Counted from the first letter of the stretch, positions 48,958-63,050 are shown. The stretch: DNA of 64,000 nucleotides from Ostrea edulis (GCF_947568905.1 NC_079164.1:79670001-79734000); one strand, 5' to 3'. Made by a program: numbers and translations. Notes: a model not told the origin generated them from the sequence alone.

Positions 48958-51673
48958 ACGAGACGTTAAGCAAGATACAATCAATCAATCAATATTGCAT
49001 TTTTCAGCTTGTGATGTAGGTACCTATGGACACAATTGCTCTGGAGGATGGTGTGTTTATGGATCGTATGGATTTGGATGTTTAAAGAAGTGTAACTGTT
49101 CACGTGATCAGTTTTGTGACGTAATTACAGGATGCTCATATAATAACACTGGTAAATTCTTTTTAGCAATGTATGTTAGCTATTTGCATTTTATGTCAAC
49201 TGAGTCATTCAATTCTTTATTGTCCTTGAGTTATACAACTCATCGGAATACATCTAGTGCATGTACATGTATATACACAATATAGATCTAATTGCATAAG
49301 ATAAACAACATGTGAGTGGACAGGAGAAGATAGGAGGAGAAGAAATTACAAATATAAAATAATTTATATGTAATTACATTATGAGATGCACATGTTATTA
49401 GAAAAATACTATAATTACATTATTGACTTACAATGCTAAACTTCGTATTTTCAAAGCTTGTACTAAGAATTTTCCCACGTTATTGAGTTCTTTAGTATTG
49501 TCTACACTAAGGAACTTAACTAAGTTAAAAACACTTGGTTGTGTGTAATAAAAACCCTTGATATACATGTATTTCTTTCTCAAATCGTTGTAAAATGGAC
49601 ATCAACCTAAAGCGTTTGGTCGTCGTTCGTCTTCAGACGTCCGTTGTGCTTTAACAATTAGACATAATAAACTGCTCTGAAAATTCCTGTTTGCTATTCA
49701 ATGAGTATGTATGGGGAAAGACACAAAACATTGTGAATTCCATTGTCACTGAAAAGTGAGCTTTACTGATCACATTTTGTTCGGCGTCCGAAAAAATTAG
49801 CCAAAATATTTCGAGTTTAAATCAAGCAATAAGCGATTTATATGATATTTAGCGTTAAAATGGAGGGGTATCCCCGAATTTCAGAAAAAACTGTCTCCGT
49901 GAAACAAAATGAATTTAGTATGAACATGTTCTTCGAGTTTTCCTCTAAAAAAAACTGTCGCGTTAATTTTCCTCAGTAACGTATGGGCTACTGAGTGGTT
50001 AAGTGGATAAGGTCGTTGACTCTTAAATGTAAAGATTTTTAAAACTACCGGGTTCAACTCCCTCACGAACATATTTTTTTCATATTCCTTTTCCATCTAG
50101 ATTTTTTTTTTAATTGAAACACGATTCTAGTTATTATAAATGTTTCATGTCAAATCTCTGTTTATTACCATGTTCCGAGTTTGAAATAAGCTTCCAACCT
50201 GGACACTGTTTAGTTTGTGAATAAGATTCTCAACAAACACGCCGAATACAGAATGCAATACCTGTGTTTTGATAGTCAAGGCTGCTAACGAGAACTTGTA
50301 TGTTTTTCGGAATGAAAGTTGTTGACAAAGGCATGGTGCCTTTTACGAAAAACTGTTGTGAACTTTGCAAAGCTTTGGAAGAAAAACTTTAAGGCGAAAC
50401 AATGTAAATAAACGTTAAACAGTTTGAGTTTATATGTATTCCAGCAGCAAATTGCTATGTTGAATCAATTTTTACATATGCATGTACTTTGAATAATGTT
50501 GAATTTTATTAATGCGTATTAAACTTCCCATATATTGTTTTGTGGCTTGAGTCATGTACAGTTGCCAATTGTTGGTTGTAGAAAATAAAACATACGAGTA
50601 TAAGAGCTTTTGGACTGTACGAGTATAGAATATTAAATATTTGATACACTCGTAACATGTAACCATATACATTGTATCTGATACTCAGGGAAAAAAGAAG
50701 ACAATTTAATTTTCACGATTTCAAAATTATCTTCAGACTACATGTATAATGTATTGACACATAAAATGTATTAGGCTTGTCTCTAGTACTGGGGAATCCT
50801 TCAGGTATTTAAATGGCAAATGCGCAATGAGTATAAATCTGAATGAAGGTAAGTTCTACGTCACGAATGTTGGCACGGAGCTCCGATTAGGGAAAATTCT
50901 CGCTTCTGTGCAACACCCTCAAATTTAGATTTGTTCAAACCATGGTTTCTGGTGGTAGGACGGGGCCACAATAATGAATAAAAGTTTTACAATGGAATAT
51001 TTAGGGAAAATCTTTAAAACTCTTCTTCTGAAGAACACTAAGGTCATGATCCTTAGATAGTGCAGATTCATGTTGATCAAATCTCAGACCCTGGGGGGAG
51101 GGTGGGGCCACAATATGGAATCAACGTTTTACATGGGTTGTATAAGAAAAAATCTTTTTCTCTAAAATAATACTGCAATTTTGCAACCATCCTCAGGTAG
51201 TAGAAGTCTTTCAATTTTTTTCTGTGTTGTGGTAGGATGGGGGTAAAATAAAGATAGGCAAGGCAATATAAAGGAAAAACAGAATTCTCAGGGACAGCAA
51301 GGCACGATTAGTTATGTTAATATACAAGCACCTCATGATCATGCACCCCGGGGTAGGGTTGGAGAACAGCAGTGCCATGATTGGTTGTATTATAGTAAAG
51401 GCTCAAGATTTTAGATTTGAAAGCTGTAAGCTTAAGTGAGCTTTTTTATCATTAAGTCAGGCGTCAGTCTACCCGTTCATCTGTAATTTTTTAACATGTT
51501 TGGCTTGGAAATAGTTTGCTTAATGAAACGTCCGACTTATTCCACTTTCAATTAAGATTCCCTTTTCTCCAGCATAATCCAATCCAAATCACACAGGTAT
51601 GTGACATTAAGCATTAGTACCTTATGATGGATATTCCGATTGATTTATTGTATGATCTTGCTTAACGTCTCCA

Positions 51674-51705
<32 letters not shown>

Positions 51706-53140
51706 GAAGACCGGTGAAGTGCTTCAAATTGAATTAAATGGAAATATATTTTTATAATTGTGCGATTCCTTGAATTCTAGCAGAAGAAGAAGAAGAGAGC
51801 AAAGATCAGGGAATCATACACAAGATTTTACCTGTTTTATTGGCCGTCATATTCAGCGTCGGATCAATCTTAGTTATCATCGTCGTACTGTACAATGAAA
51901 GGTGAATTCTTTTTTATATTTAATTCTTTTTATATAATAATTATATCACGAAACAAGACAAATGAACAGCATGTTTGGGAATGATATTTAACAAGATAAC
52001 ACAATTTATTTGATGAAATACTTAAAATACATCATTTTGTGATGGTGACTTTGGTAACATAGCCCATACAATTAAGCGTTGTCGTGCTAAATCAACACTT
52101 ACGTTCTAGCACGAGTATCATTTGTGTATCCTTGCACCGTGCTTAACAGAATCTATAAGAATAAATATATTGCGGTTTCTATTTGCAGATTAAAGTTTTT
52201 CAGACAATATTTCTCAGGTTTGTATATTTTTTATGAACCCTATAAATTTATATCCCAAAGACATCAAATAAAAGACGGACAATGTATTTACTTTCTATAT
52301 ACAGTGCAATTGTTTATTTATTCCTTTGTTTCGCGTCCCTTTGAAAATTTTTAATTCAAATTGAGATGTCATCAGCTGGAGGTGAGTACAGATTTAGACC
52401 TATGATTAGTGTGTAGGGTTTTTTGTCGTGTTAACGCCTGTCAAGACAGGGACCACCGTGTGTTACCCGTGCAATTAATCGGGCTTGAATTATTTCTGTA
52501 ATTGCTGAAAAACATGTAGGACCTAATACTTAAATAGGGTGCATTCAATGCATACATAGAAATTTATTTTAATAATTTATGTACTTCTAAAGAGTGGAGG
52601 ACCAGGCGTGTCTCTAACAACTCTGCCATCCATAATTCGGACGAGCCTCAGGAAGACTACTCTCAGATGACAAGATCATCTAACAGTTACAACGTACTCA
52701 GCTTTGATAGGCACAACGCAATTTCCACTTTCAACGCCACTGAGGAGGAAGACATCTACGACGAAGGTGGCGCCGTTGTCGTAAACAGAAACGATGACTT
52801 TCAGGACAGCTACGTAACACTTGCTCTTCAGCGGAACCAAAGGATGATCGCCGTTGAATTTGAGAAGAGTTCAAATACTTATGCTATGAAGGCAGCTGAT
52901 GATAAGGATGGTGACAGCTATGTTACACTAGCTGTCAATGAGAACGAGGCTACGGGTCACAATTCAAACGGTACTTCCAATAGCCTATTGACAACACCAC
53001 AAACAGAAAGTTCGGATACTTATGATGACACTCTGCCAAATTTTCATTCACATTATTACATGCTAAAGAAAGAAGAGAGAAACAAAAATACGCAAGATAA
53101 AATTGTCGCTGTTGATGTTTTTGCAGGCAGGCGTTGTTGA
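46930..53140 (+). CDS. EGF-like single-pass receptor with tyrosine-motif tail (MEGF10/SREC-like), copy B; exons 46930-47019, 48179-48206, 48382-48434, 49008-49151, 51781-51901, 52189-52217, 52593-53140
   Basis: All introns are GT-AG with compatible phases (1,2,1,1,2,1). The join reads ...NPHCYGGI-AGLGVGVCAR-DPLRCCPNYRRDGTFCN-PCDVGTYGHNC...-TM ILPVLLAVIFSVGSILVIIVVLY-RLKFFRQYFS-EWRTRR... with tail motifs DIYDEG, SYVTL (x2), DTYDDT. The start/signal exon was not found. Confidence 0.8.
47020..47855 (+). repeat. 40-bp minisatellite, 20 full copies plus a partial
   Basis: Unit GTATGTGTACTACAGCTG(A/G)TGACGT(A/T)TCAAAATCAGATAG, starting exactly at the exon donor. Confidence 0.97.
48660..48993 (+). 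mobile_element. tRNA-derived SINE with CAAT tail
   Basis: A/B-box head (...ggggttcgaatcccggc), body shared with the other SINEs, and a (CAAT)n tail just upstream of the EGF exon acceptor. Confidence 0.85.
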
Positions 53141-56100
53141 AATTAGAGACAAAAGTATTTTAGAGATTATTTAGGTCTGTGTTGACTTTTTTGGAAGATG
53201 GACTACAAATTAGATTTGCTCCTGTCATACGTATTATTCTGTCTTCCAAATAAAATTAACGAACTTTTGTTTTAGACTTCAACATCTTTCATTATGTATA
53301 GTACAGTCATTACAATCAGTGACTGTTGTTAAGAATAGCATATAGGTCTAGATCTTTAAAACTAAATTTGTCAGTAGCTACAAATCCATATTCTGATGAA
53401 AGCACGTAGGTATTTTAATAATACTCTCAAGGTTAACAAATTGAGTTTGTTGATTAGCATGCATGCGATGATACTCAGGTACAGTAATATATATGTGTTA
53501 TTCTTTAAGGACATGCGGACTGAAATCATAAAAAGTTTAGAATGAGCAACAACATGTGTAAAATAGATATATGTGACTGTAAAGGCTACCGAAGTATTTA
53601 CAAATATTAAAATATGGTATTCAAATAGCCAGTCAGGTATTCCCCCTAGAAATATACCCAGCTTTTGGTGTACTGGAGTATTTAGAAATATTACAATATG
53701 GTATTCAAATATACAGTCAGGTATTCTCCCTAGAAATATACCCAGCTTTTGGTGTGCATGGATATGGTTGCTAGGAGGCTATAGTATTGCTTTGTTTTTT
53801 CTAATGATTGATTTGTTATTTTATGAATGTTGGTGATATATTTTTAAAATGTAATTTGATACAAGGACGTTTTTGGATTAATACAGGTTTATTTGCTAAA
53901 AGGTGCTGTATGCGCATGTAAGATGTTTAAATAAAGACATAATCTTGTGTTTTAACATTGTACATAAATTGTGTATTCATCCAAGATTTCAATTAAAAAA
54001 ATAATACGTTAGACTTCACAGAATATTTGGAAAGAATTATGTTTTGTTGCGGATACTTTCTATTAGAAAAAAATCTCTGTTTAGCTCAGTGAGCTTTTCT
54101 GGTCCCATTTTACCCAGTGTCCGTAAATTTTATACATTTGAACTTCTCCAGAACTGCTAGACCAATTTCAACAAAACTTGCCATAAAGCATAATTGGGAA
54201 AAGGGAATCCACAATTGTTCCTATGTAGGATCACGCCCCCTTTAAAGAGAGATAATCAAGAAATGGTGAATAGATTGTGGCATTCTTTCAAAATCCTCTT
54301 CTCAAGAACTACTAGGCCAGAAAAGACAAAACTAATGTGATGGAAAACATCCTTAGATAATACCGATTCAAAGTTGTTCAGATAGCGGAGGTATGGTGAA
54401 ATCACAATAAGGGATCGAACTTTTAAAATCTATATAGTATGAAAACAATTCTCAAGAATAGCAGTTTTGATTAGTTGCATATTAATATAATTAGGTAGTG
54501 GAGATTCAAGTTTGCTCAAATCATGGTCTCAGGGGGTAGGGTTGAATCACAATAGGAAATTAAAATTTAGTTCAAAATACATTACATGCAATGCGGATTC
54601 ATCGTTTTGAACTCGGTATTTTACAGCTAACACTGTGTTCCCATTACGGGATGACCATCAGTTACCTGTTCACGTCGCGGTAACATTGTCAAAATTTTGT
54701 ACCTTTAATAAATGCGAGTTATTTCCCCAATTTTATTGCTGGATGCCCTATGTAATGAAATATGTATTCACTGGATGAAATCCCACGCTTGATCAGAATC
54801 AAATAATATTGCATAGAGGAGTTTTTTCTCATGTGTGCATGAATTGTTGCGCACATGAATTGATTGATTGATCGATATTTTTAATTCAAATGAATTTAAG
54901 AACAGTTTTTTTTTTTAATAATTGCGCGCATTAGTTATGTTGTATTTATTGACTGCATAAATAAAACTTGATTATTAGGAAGTCACTTGGAGCTCCAAAT
55001 TAAATATTCCATATGAAAGGTGAAGATAACGAACAGCGATCAATCTCATAAATCCTACAAGCAGTACAAAATATATCGTTGGGCAAACACGGACCCCTAG
55101 ACACACCAGAGGTGGGATAGATGACCTCTCTCCGCATTGAAAATTAGATAATGATTTTACGAATGCACTTGTAATCCATCATGCCGAATAGTTTACGAAG
55201 AACATCATGCCGAATAGTTTACGAAGAACAAAATGAACGGATGTTCATAATTTCATATTCGTTAATGCGAATGTGTTTATAATGGTAGATTTGTCCAGTG
55301 CAACAAATTAAGGGTAAAATTATGGATCCACGTCGTTTCTTATCGTCAAACGCAATAATGAAAAACATGATGCACTACATGTATATTTATATGAATGCAG
55401 GGGACGTATCCAGAAATTTTCTTTTTAAAAAGGGGGTCTACCATTAATTTTGGTGTTCAAGGGGGTGGGGGGTGCACACGAAAGGGGGTGGTTCCGACCC
55501 CCTGGATGCGCCACTGGAATGACAAACAGAAAAACTGTTATTTTGTAAACAGTGGCCTGATTTCATGGACATTGTGAGGTAGTATACAACATAATTTCAA
55601 TAAAATCTTTTAAGTTATTAGGCGCAAACTTCCAAGAACAGTCCCGGATCATTCGATATTTGACATATTGGACAATTTTCGACTTATTGCTTACTTTCAA
55701 GATCTATGTCATCACAAAACATGTTCAACCAAATTAAAAACTTTTTTGTGTTTATCCATTTGTTTGTACATATCAGTACATGTTAATAAATCATTACAAA
55801 AATTCAGTTGTAACAGACTTCTATAAACACGGAAAAGGTTTAAGAACATCAAAAAGGGGAGGGGAGGAGGTGTCATTAGTTGAATGAGATGTATATGAAT
55901 AATATAATTATAAATCTTCATAAAATGATAAATATGGGTCTAGTCAAAACAATCATAACTAACACTGAACATCTACACAATTTTATGCTGATCATGCTGT
56001 CAACCAATCACAACTTCTCGACTTGCCGGAAAGCCCGTGAATGTGCAATTGGTTGTATGATGTTGCCTCGCTTCGTTCTGGAAGTTTCTATAACCTCAAT

Positions 56101-56746
56101 CAAGATTAAAATTACGGATTGAGGAAAGGAACAGGTATATTTTATTTATTCGACAATTATCAAAACCTTTATTTTCTATAACATCAAAATCAAGCATCGA
56201 TTAACAACAGATTAACTTTATACCATGTTATCTTGAGTTGTCATACATATAAAACAAAAGAAAGGAAACCGGCTTAGATCCGCCACTTTACTCTCATTTT
56301 TGCTATTTCGGGGTAGTTAATCGAAAACGAAATTAAATTTTTAATTAAATTTACGATATTTACTAATGACGTAAGATTCTATTATAGCGTACGGACTTCA
56401 CCTCACATATAAAACAATATTAAAGGTGAAAGCAGTAACTCTAGAGCAAGTGTTTCGGAGTTTATTAGCAAAATGTGTTAATTTATATGAGATTGATCAC
56501 TGTTCGTTATCTTCACCTTGCATGTATAAAATTATGTCATAGTGCGGTATTCATTCCTTTGATCTTAGCAATACTTTACATCAGATAGAAAACCTCTGCC
56601 ACAATGCCAACATGTACACTAGAATCTGTTTGCGACTCCTTCAGTGAGATGATGAATGGCACATTTTATAAGTCTTGAAATATGAAATATAACTTATTTT
56701 TTACTTTGCGCGGTTTCGTAAAAATATATTATAATATGCTGTATGC

Positions 56747-57613
56747 TTATTGAATTTGTTTGTCTTGTTGTTGTGACTGTTGTTGTCGTGTTGTAGTAGG
56801 TTGTGGTTGGAAAAACGTCTTTGTTTTTACGTTTTTTCTCGTCCGTGGTATATTTAGTGTGGTTGGATCTGTAGTTTTTGTTGGTTCTGATAGGGTGTCT
56901 GACGGTAATTTTATCAGTGCTACTGATGATAGCTTGGTTGTTTCTGGTTTTGTTATTATTTCTGTTGTGACGGTGAATGGAGGTGATGACTGTTCTGTAT
57001 CTTTCACTCCAAAAGATGTTGATGAATGTGTATCTATTGCTGATTCTAAAGGTGATGTGCTTGTATTTACTTTTGCGACAGTTGGTTGTGTCGTGGTGTT
57101 TGTCTGACGTGCTACTGATTGGTGAGATTGTTTTGGAAGTGCTGTTGTTAATTGAATTTTTTTCTTTTCTACTGGTGGAAATCGTACTGGTGGGTCTGTT
57201 ATTAATTGTGATGTTTGTTGTGGGAGGATTGATGTTGTCATTGTAGATGTTGTTAATGTTGTTAGTGGTGATGATGCTGGAAGGGATTCTGTGCCGGAAC
57301 CAATTCCCATAACATCTATGTATCCCATGTCCATTTTATCGACTTCAGATTCCTTTCTTTTCGTCATGAGGAGCGACACTATTGAATAACTTTCGTCCTA
57401 TCTTCTCTTTTTTCTTGTGGTCTGTCATGCCTGTTCGTGATAGAGTTAATTTTATCGCTATCATCAAATGGATCAATGTAATCCAAAGAAACATGTCCAG
57501 GTTCATTGTAGCTATTTTCTTCCACTCTCATATAACTTTCAGATGTTGTATCAGCAACTGGTCTGTTTTCTCCCAGATAAAATCCATGGGTAGTCGCATT
57601 TATCACTCTCTGT
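56747..57613 (-). pseudogene. Second copy of the tyrosine-motif, Thr-rich terminal exon
   Basis: AG acceptor at 57614-57615; ORF pieces 57379-57606 (SYMRV, SYNEP, DYIDP) and 56747-57379 (GYIDV, Thr-rich) are out of frame by one base. Upstream exons were not found in the window. Confidence 0.55.
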
Positions 57614-58582
57614 CTAAAATAAATACATAATTCATTATTTTCTGATCAGCAGTTTATAACGTAATTTTAAAATCTGATTGTCATCAATTTTCATTTGCTT
57701 GACTGGTCTACTCTCGCTTTAGATTCAAAGAGACAACATTAGTTGCAGTCTCCTTCCCTTCATCTATATTGATTTTGTTTTGAATATATGTAAAACAAAA
57801 TAATCAATCATCAAATTTAAAATGGCATTACAGATGTTTAATCCTGGGATTTTGCGACAAGTTGCATAGGTCGTTCAATATTTATCTGAACTTAATAATC
57901 AACATGATATCTGAATTTTCTTCATCTTGAAGTACAGCTCAAAAATTCAAAATAAGTGATTGCAGCTTCTCTATCGTAAACTTCCCATAGTTATGTAGCA
58001 AAATGTCATTATCGCCTGTATATGATGTTTATGTGTGTCAACTGAATCGATACACAAGAGGTAAGCATCGAATCGGTTTGGAGATATAAACACCATATTC
58101 AGATGATAATGGAATATTGATACATAGATATGGGAAGTTGACGATGGATCCCGTTTGTCATAATGTTGAGTTGTTAGTTTGCCGTTAATATCTACTTTCA
58201 ATAAAATATCTAAGTATGAAGTAGACGTGGACGACTCTGTGATGTCTTTTACTGCGAGTTCACAGGGATACATGAATTCGACATATGAATGTTATATTAC
58301 TTGAAGTATGTTTGGACTTTCATCCTCTAATTAATTCAGTTGTAAATCGTTTGCCAAATACTATCAAACTATGTTTCTATTTTCGAAGGATTTAATTTTA
58401 TATTACACTGTCACAGTATAAATTTGAATTGAAACGAAGAACGTATGATAAAAACTCTAACATTTCACTGTTGTGGATGTGATACATGGACATCATTATT
58501 GAAGATTTCGATTATGAAAACGCAATTGTTTACCGATTTGCAAACATTTACTTTGAATACAATACGCTCATCAAGTATTCGA

Positions 58583-58828
58583 TTGATTGATTGATGTTTT
58601 CCGTCACACTCAACAATTTTTCAGTTATCTGGTGGCGCCCAGTTTTCATTGGTGAAAGAGAGAACCCAGATATAATGTATCTGGGAAGAGATCATCGACC
58701 TTCCAAAAGTAAACTGGGAAACTTTCTCACTTACTGGCGCGATATTCGAACCCGCGTTGACCAGAGGTGAGAGGCCGTGTGATTTCGAGCGCGATGCTCT
58801 AACCACTCGGCCACGGAGGCAGTATAAC
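58583..58828 (-). mobile_element. tRNA-derived SINE
   Basis: tRNA-like head gcctccgtggccgagtggttagagcatcgc, B-box-like gggttcgaat and a (CAAT)n tail. Confidence 0.8.
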
Positions 58829-59169
58829 TGACAGCAATAGACAATCATCCAAGGAGACCATAAGATTGATCAACGACCAAGTTACCTCTTCACAAGAATA
58901 ACGGCAATACTCACCAGAAGGACTGCTCCGGCAAAACTGACGACCATGATGGATACATTCACCATCCATATTCCTAAGACAAACAATATGGAGACATATA
59001 ACAACAGCATATCGTGGAATTGTTAGCGAGACACACATTTAAAGGTCATATGAAACGATAATCTGAAGAATTGAGTTATGTATGGGAAGTCATTAATCAA
59101 GGTTTATGAAACAAGAATTCGTTTTTTAAAAAAATACCACTGTTAGAAATCGTTTCATATTACCTTTAA

Positions 59170-59220
<51 letters not shown>

Positions 59221-59743
59221 AGGCTAATCTTAGCGAATTTATAATGCCAGAAAAGATGCCTATTACATGTACAGTACACGACACGAGTTTCATACATCCC
59301 ATGGTGGAAAATCCACGGAGAAACACCATGTCCACCGTGATCCACGTGTGTGTTATTTTCCAATACACACAGGTGCTAGGAACTTTGTTGTGTCCACGGG
59401 CGCCTTACAGGAGATGTGAAAATGTGCCGCCGGCTAAATAACCATGAAAACGGTGAAATTTTAAGAAAAGAAAAAATGTCAATACCCCCCCCCCCGATAC
59501 TTATATTGTTTTTCAGGATTTTGAACCATTTCCAACGATATCAAACACTATATATTATGTTTTTGAGAAAGCCTGGTTTTGAAATCTTTTCTTTTAGTCT
59601 TCTAATCCCTTTCTTCATTAAAATATTCTTTAATTCTATGTTTAAATAATGCGTACTTGCAGGCAATTCCTGCTTTGAATGCGAATTAGTATATTTAGTC
59701 ATGTACAACACATGTAATAGGAATATTCAATAATTACCGATGT

Positions 59744-59801
<58 letters not shown>

Positions 59802-61710
59802 AAATGCGTTGTTTTAGGTACATGTGTTAATAGGTATCTTGACAAATATAACTTGATCCAATAGACAAATTGGAGCAATGTCGATGATTAATAAATTGGA
59901 ATCAATTTATTATATAAATAATAGAAGCAAAAATACAAACCATCGAATGATTTATTTTCAAAATCCCAAGTTAATTACATTTGACCGAGACTTATGTTCA
60001 ATGTACTTTGATTTTCATTTTCATAAAAAAATGTTCATCGGGTGTGTCTGGATAATGCAATGAGGTTTGTATAACAAGTATATACCATGCAAATTCCTAT
60101 TGTCCTGGTCACAGTATACATGTAACTAAATTACGGTTATTTGAAATTGACAGCAGTTTTTGACTTCTTATAAAAAGTGTCAAATATATTGGGTCGGCAC
60201 GATATCAGATCTAGTCTAAAATCACGGGTATATTGCGCCGACCCAATATATTTCACACATTCCACAAGAAGCCAAGCACTTCTGTTGATTTTAAATACAC
60301 GGATTAGCTGACCCCCAATTGTTCTATTGAGGGGAAACCCCTTCGAATTTGCATGGAATGTACAAGTTAAACACAGGTCATTGTTATAGTCATAGATCAT
60401 AGTCCCGCTAACCCAACAAACATTTTTTTTATTTTAAAAAAGTTATTGAATGACGAAGTATGACCAGACTGCAGGTTGAACTTTATAGAGCCCCGTGCTA
60501 ACATTACTTATATTTTTCAATGTACCAGAAGGGGTATGTTGCCGGTTAAGTTGTGTAAAATTCTTGACAAGCAATAAGATAACAACAAAAAATAGTGCTC
60601 AAATTGTCCGATTATGAAAACCTTAAATTGTGTACATGTGTTTGGGGGTGGGGTGGGGGTAGTAGACTTCATCCGCTGAAACTGTCTCAATTCCCCCTTC
60701 CGACTTCAATTTCTTAAATTGCGCTACAAGGATAAATTCTTAACTTTCAAGCTTTCATATTACACCCCCTCCTATTCTACGTGCCTGTAATCAATAATTA
60801 AGGATGTAAAACCTCGGTTTCAAATGCAACTAGTTCATGAAAAAAACCTATCATCAATATAAACAAAAATGACTTAACGATTTGCATTTGATTTGCTTCT
60901 AATCATATATGCTATCGATTATTAAAATTAATGGCTAGCGGAGATGAGATGAATTTTACCCCCGTAATATGTTATTTAACTGACCAAAAACCTAGTACGT
61001 TTGTTTTACAACTTTCATTCAGAAGACGGGCAAGTTTGTGAGTCACTGAATAAACGAGAAAACGTCTGCATTTCTATTTCAATCATTGTCAACTGTATAT
61101 TTTGTGATATTTTAATACTACATGTACTCAATTCAATTTATTGGATCTCATCACCATTATGCAATGGTATACAGAGATATAAAGACAAAAAGCTGTTATA
61201 TATACATTTAGTAAATAATGCATGCGTGAAATAAAATATTTATCAAGTTCGAAAAACGTGTTATTATCAATGTGAAGTATGGCCATTTTAGGTAGGGGAT
61301 CACACTTTATTTATATTCTTAATGAAAGTACAGTGTTTTCTATAAAACAGAAGAGAGTATTTATTGTTAGACATGGTTTGTTTAAAAGTAAAGATATTTT
61401 TTGATTTTTATTTGTTTAGGTGATAAAAATTTCATTCTTTGTTCACATTGTATCACAGTTGAGTACATAATGAAATTCATCTCAAACATGTATATAGCAG
61501 ATCTTAATTACCTATTCCTAATTACAATGGAAACCTTACGTTAAAAACACTCCACTGTTTATGGTACACATTTCTTTGACCTGCTATTTATCAAATTCAA
61601 ATTACTGGCATGTGATTGTCGTTGTTCATGACCCTATCTATTTTGTATTGCTTGTAGGAGTTATGAGATTGATCACTGTTCGTTATATTCGCCTTTCATA
61701 CATTATGTAG

Positions 61711-62480
61711 TTGTTGCATACAAAATATCACATCTCAACGCACCAAATGAATAAGAGAAGAAAATTTACTTAAAGAATCCTCGCTGCTACGGAGGGATAT
61801 GTATGTGTACTACAGCTGGTGACGTTTCAAAATCAGATAGGTATGTGTACTACAGCTGATGACGTATCAAAATCAGATAGGTATGTGTACTACAGCTGAT
61901 GACGTTTCAAAATCAGATAGGTATATGTACTACAGCTGATGACGTATCAAAATCAGATAGGTATGTGTACTACAGCTGATGACGTATCAAAATCAGATAG
62001 GTATGTGTACTACAGCTGGTGACGTTTCAAAATCAGATAAGTATGTGTACTACAGCTGATGACGTATCAAAATCAGATAGGTATGTGTACTACAGCTGAT
62101 GACGTTTCCAAATCAGATAGGTATGTGTACTACAGTTTGTGACGTATCAAAATCAGATAGGTATGTGTACTACAGTTGGCGACGTTTCCAAATCAGTAAA
62201 TAAAAGGGACGTACATGTAAAACAAACAAGAGACAGCCATTGTTTCTGTTTTATTTCTTGTTTCTGTTTTATTGTTTTCTTACCCCTTCCATCTTTCACA
62301 CTCACCGTCATTGGTTTTTAGAAAATGCATGTAGAAATTATTTCCTTATGGAAATAGATTTAGAGGAAATAGTATATTTTTTTTGCATGACTCACTCACG
62401 TATGTAGTTTACAAGCAATGTTGGAGGAAATTGTGCATAATGTTCATCGCATGTTACGTATTTCTCTTCTGTTTACATTT
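61711..62480 (+). pseudogene. Third, inactivated 5' fragment of the receptor gene (copy C)
   Basis: 90-nt exon paralogous to 46930-47019 with an in-frame TAA at 61752-61754; the two downstream micro-exons are deleted. Confidence 0.8.
61801..62196 (+). repeat. 40-bp minisatellite, 9 full copies plus a partial
   Basis: Same unit and position as 47020-47855. Confidence 0.97.
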
Positions 62481-62736
62481 TGTTTATTCATTATGTCATG
62501 TGCTTCTTTCATTATGTCATGTGCTCTAATCATTATGCTGTGTGTCATCATTATGTCACGTACATTTATCATTATGTCATGTGCATTTTTATGTCATTAC
62601 AGTGTACATGTGTATATGATGTGCTTTTCTCATTTTGCCATGTTCACGTATCATTATGTCATGTGCTTTTTTCATTATGTCATGTGATTCTATCTTTATA
62701 TGATGTGCGATTTTGGTTCATTACGTCTTTAAGTCA

Positions 62737-63050
62737 CACCGGTCGTGGTAACTCAGTGGTAGAGCGTTCGTTTCGTAATCGAGAGGTCGTGAATACTAGC
62801 CCTGCTCCTGCCCTGGCCGCGTCAAAAACTAAGACGTTAGAATAGGTAGTGTTTGCCCCTTCGGCAAACGCTCGGGATTTAGAAGTGAGAATCACAGGTT
62901 TTTTCGGATATGGTCTTAAAAACGGAGGTCCCGAGTCACGGCAGGCGTTGGTACGATGAAGATTGAAGAACACTCACTTGTACGGCCCTGAGCACTAAGC
63001 ATAGGTCTAAATTTATGATACATCACCTACAGCTGGTGACGTCTCAATAT
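62737..63050 (+). mobile_element. tRNA-derived SINE (diverged subfamily)
   Basis: Head gtaactcagtggtagagcgttcg and a body with ccttaaaaacgg...ccgagtcacggcagg...ggtgacgtctc. Confidence 0.7.

Larger units (their letters stand above)
55970..59350. repeat. Direct segmental duplication of 1-1475 plus 10415-~12050
   Basis: Colinear homology including the tail exon, flanks, PLE fragment and SINE; lacks the CACTG insertion. Confidence 0.92.

Noticed and set aside
53594-53755. 84-bp two-copy duplication downstream of copy B, plus small duplications at 48272-48340 and 55179-55230
   Set aside because: Ordinary local slippage duplications without further structure.
55015-55060. Conserved gtgaagataacgaacagtgatcaatctc motif as a hammerhead
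   Set aside because: Lacks the C of CUGANGA, a stem II and the GAAA; no convincing stem I.
59126-59368. ORFs with IYIYIY runs (also near 27570, 28200, 36160)
   Set aside because: Artefacts of (TA)n microsatellites.
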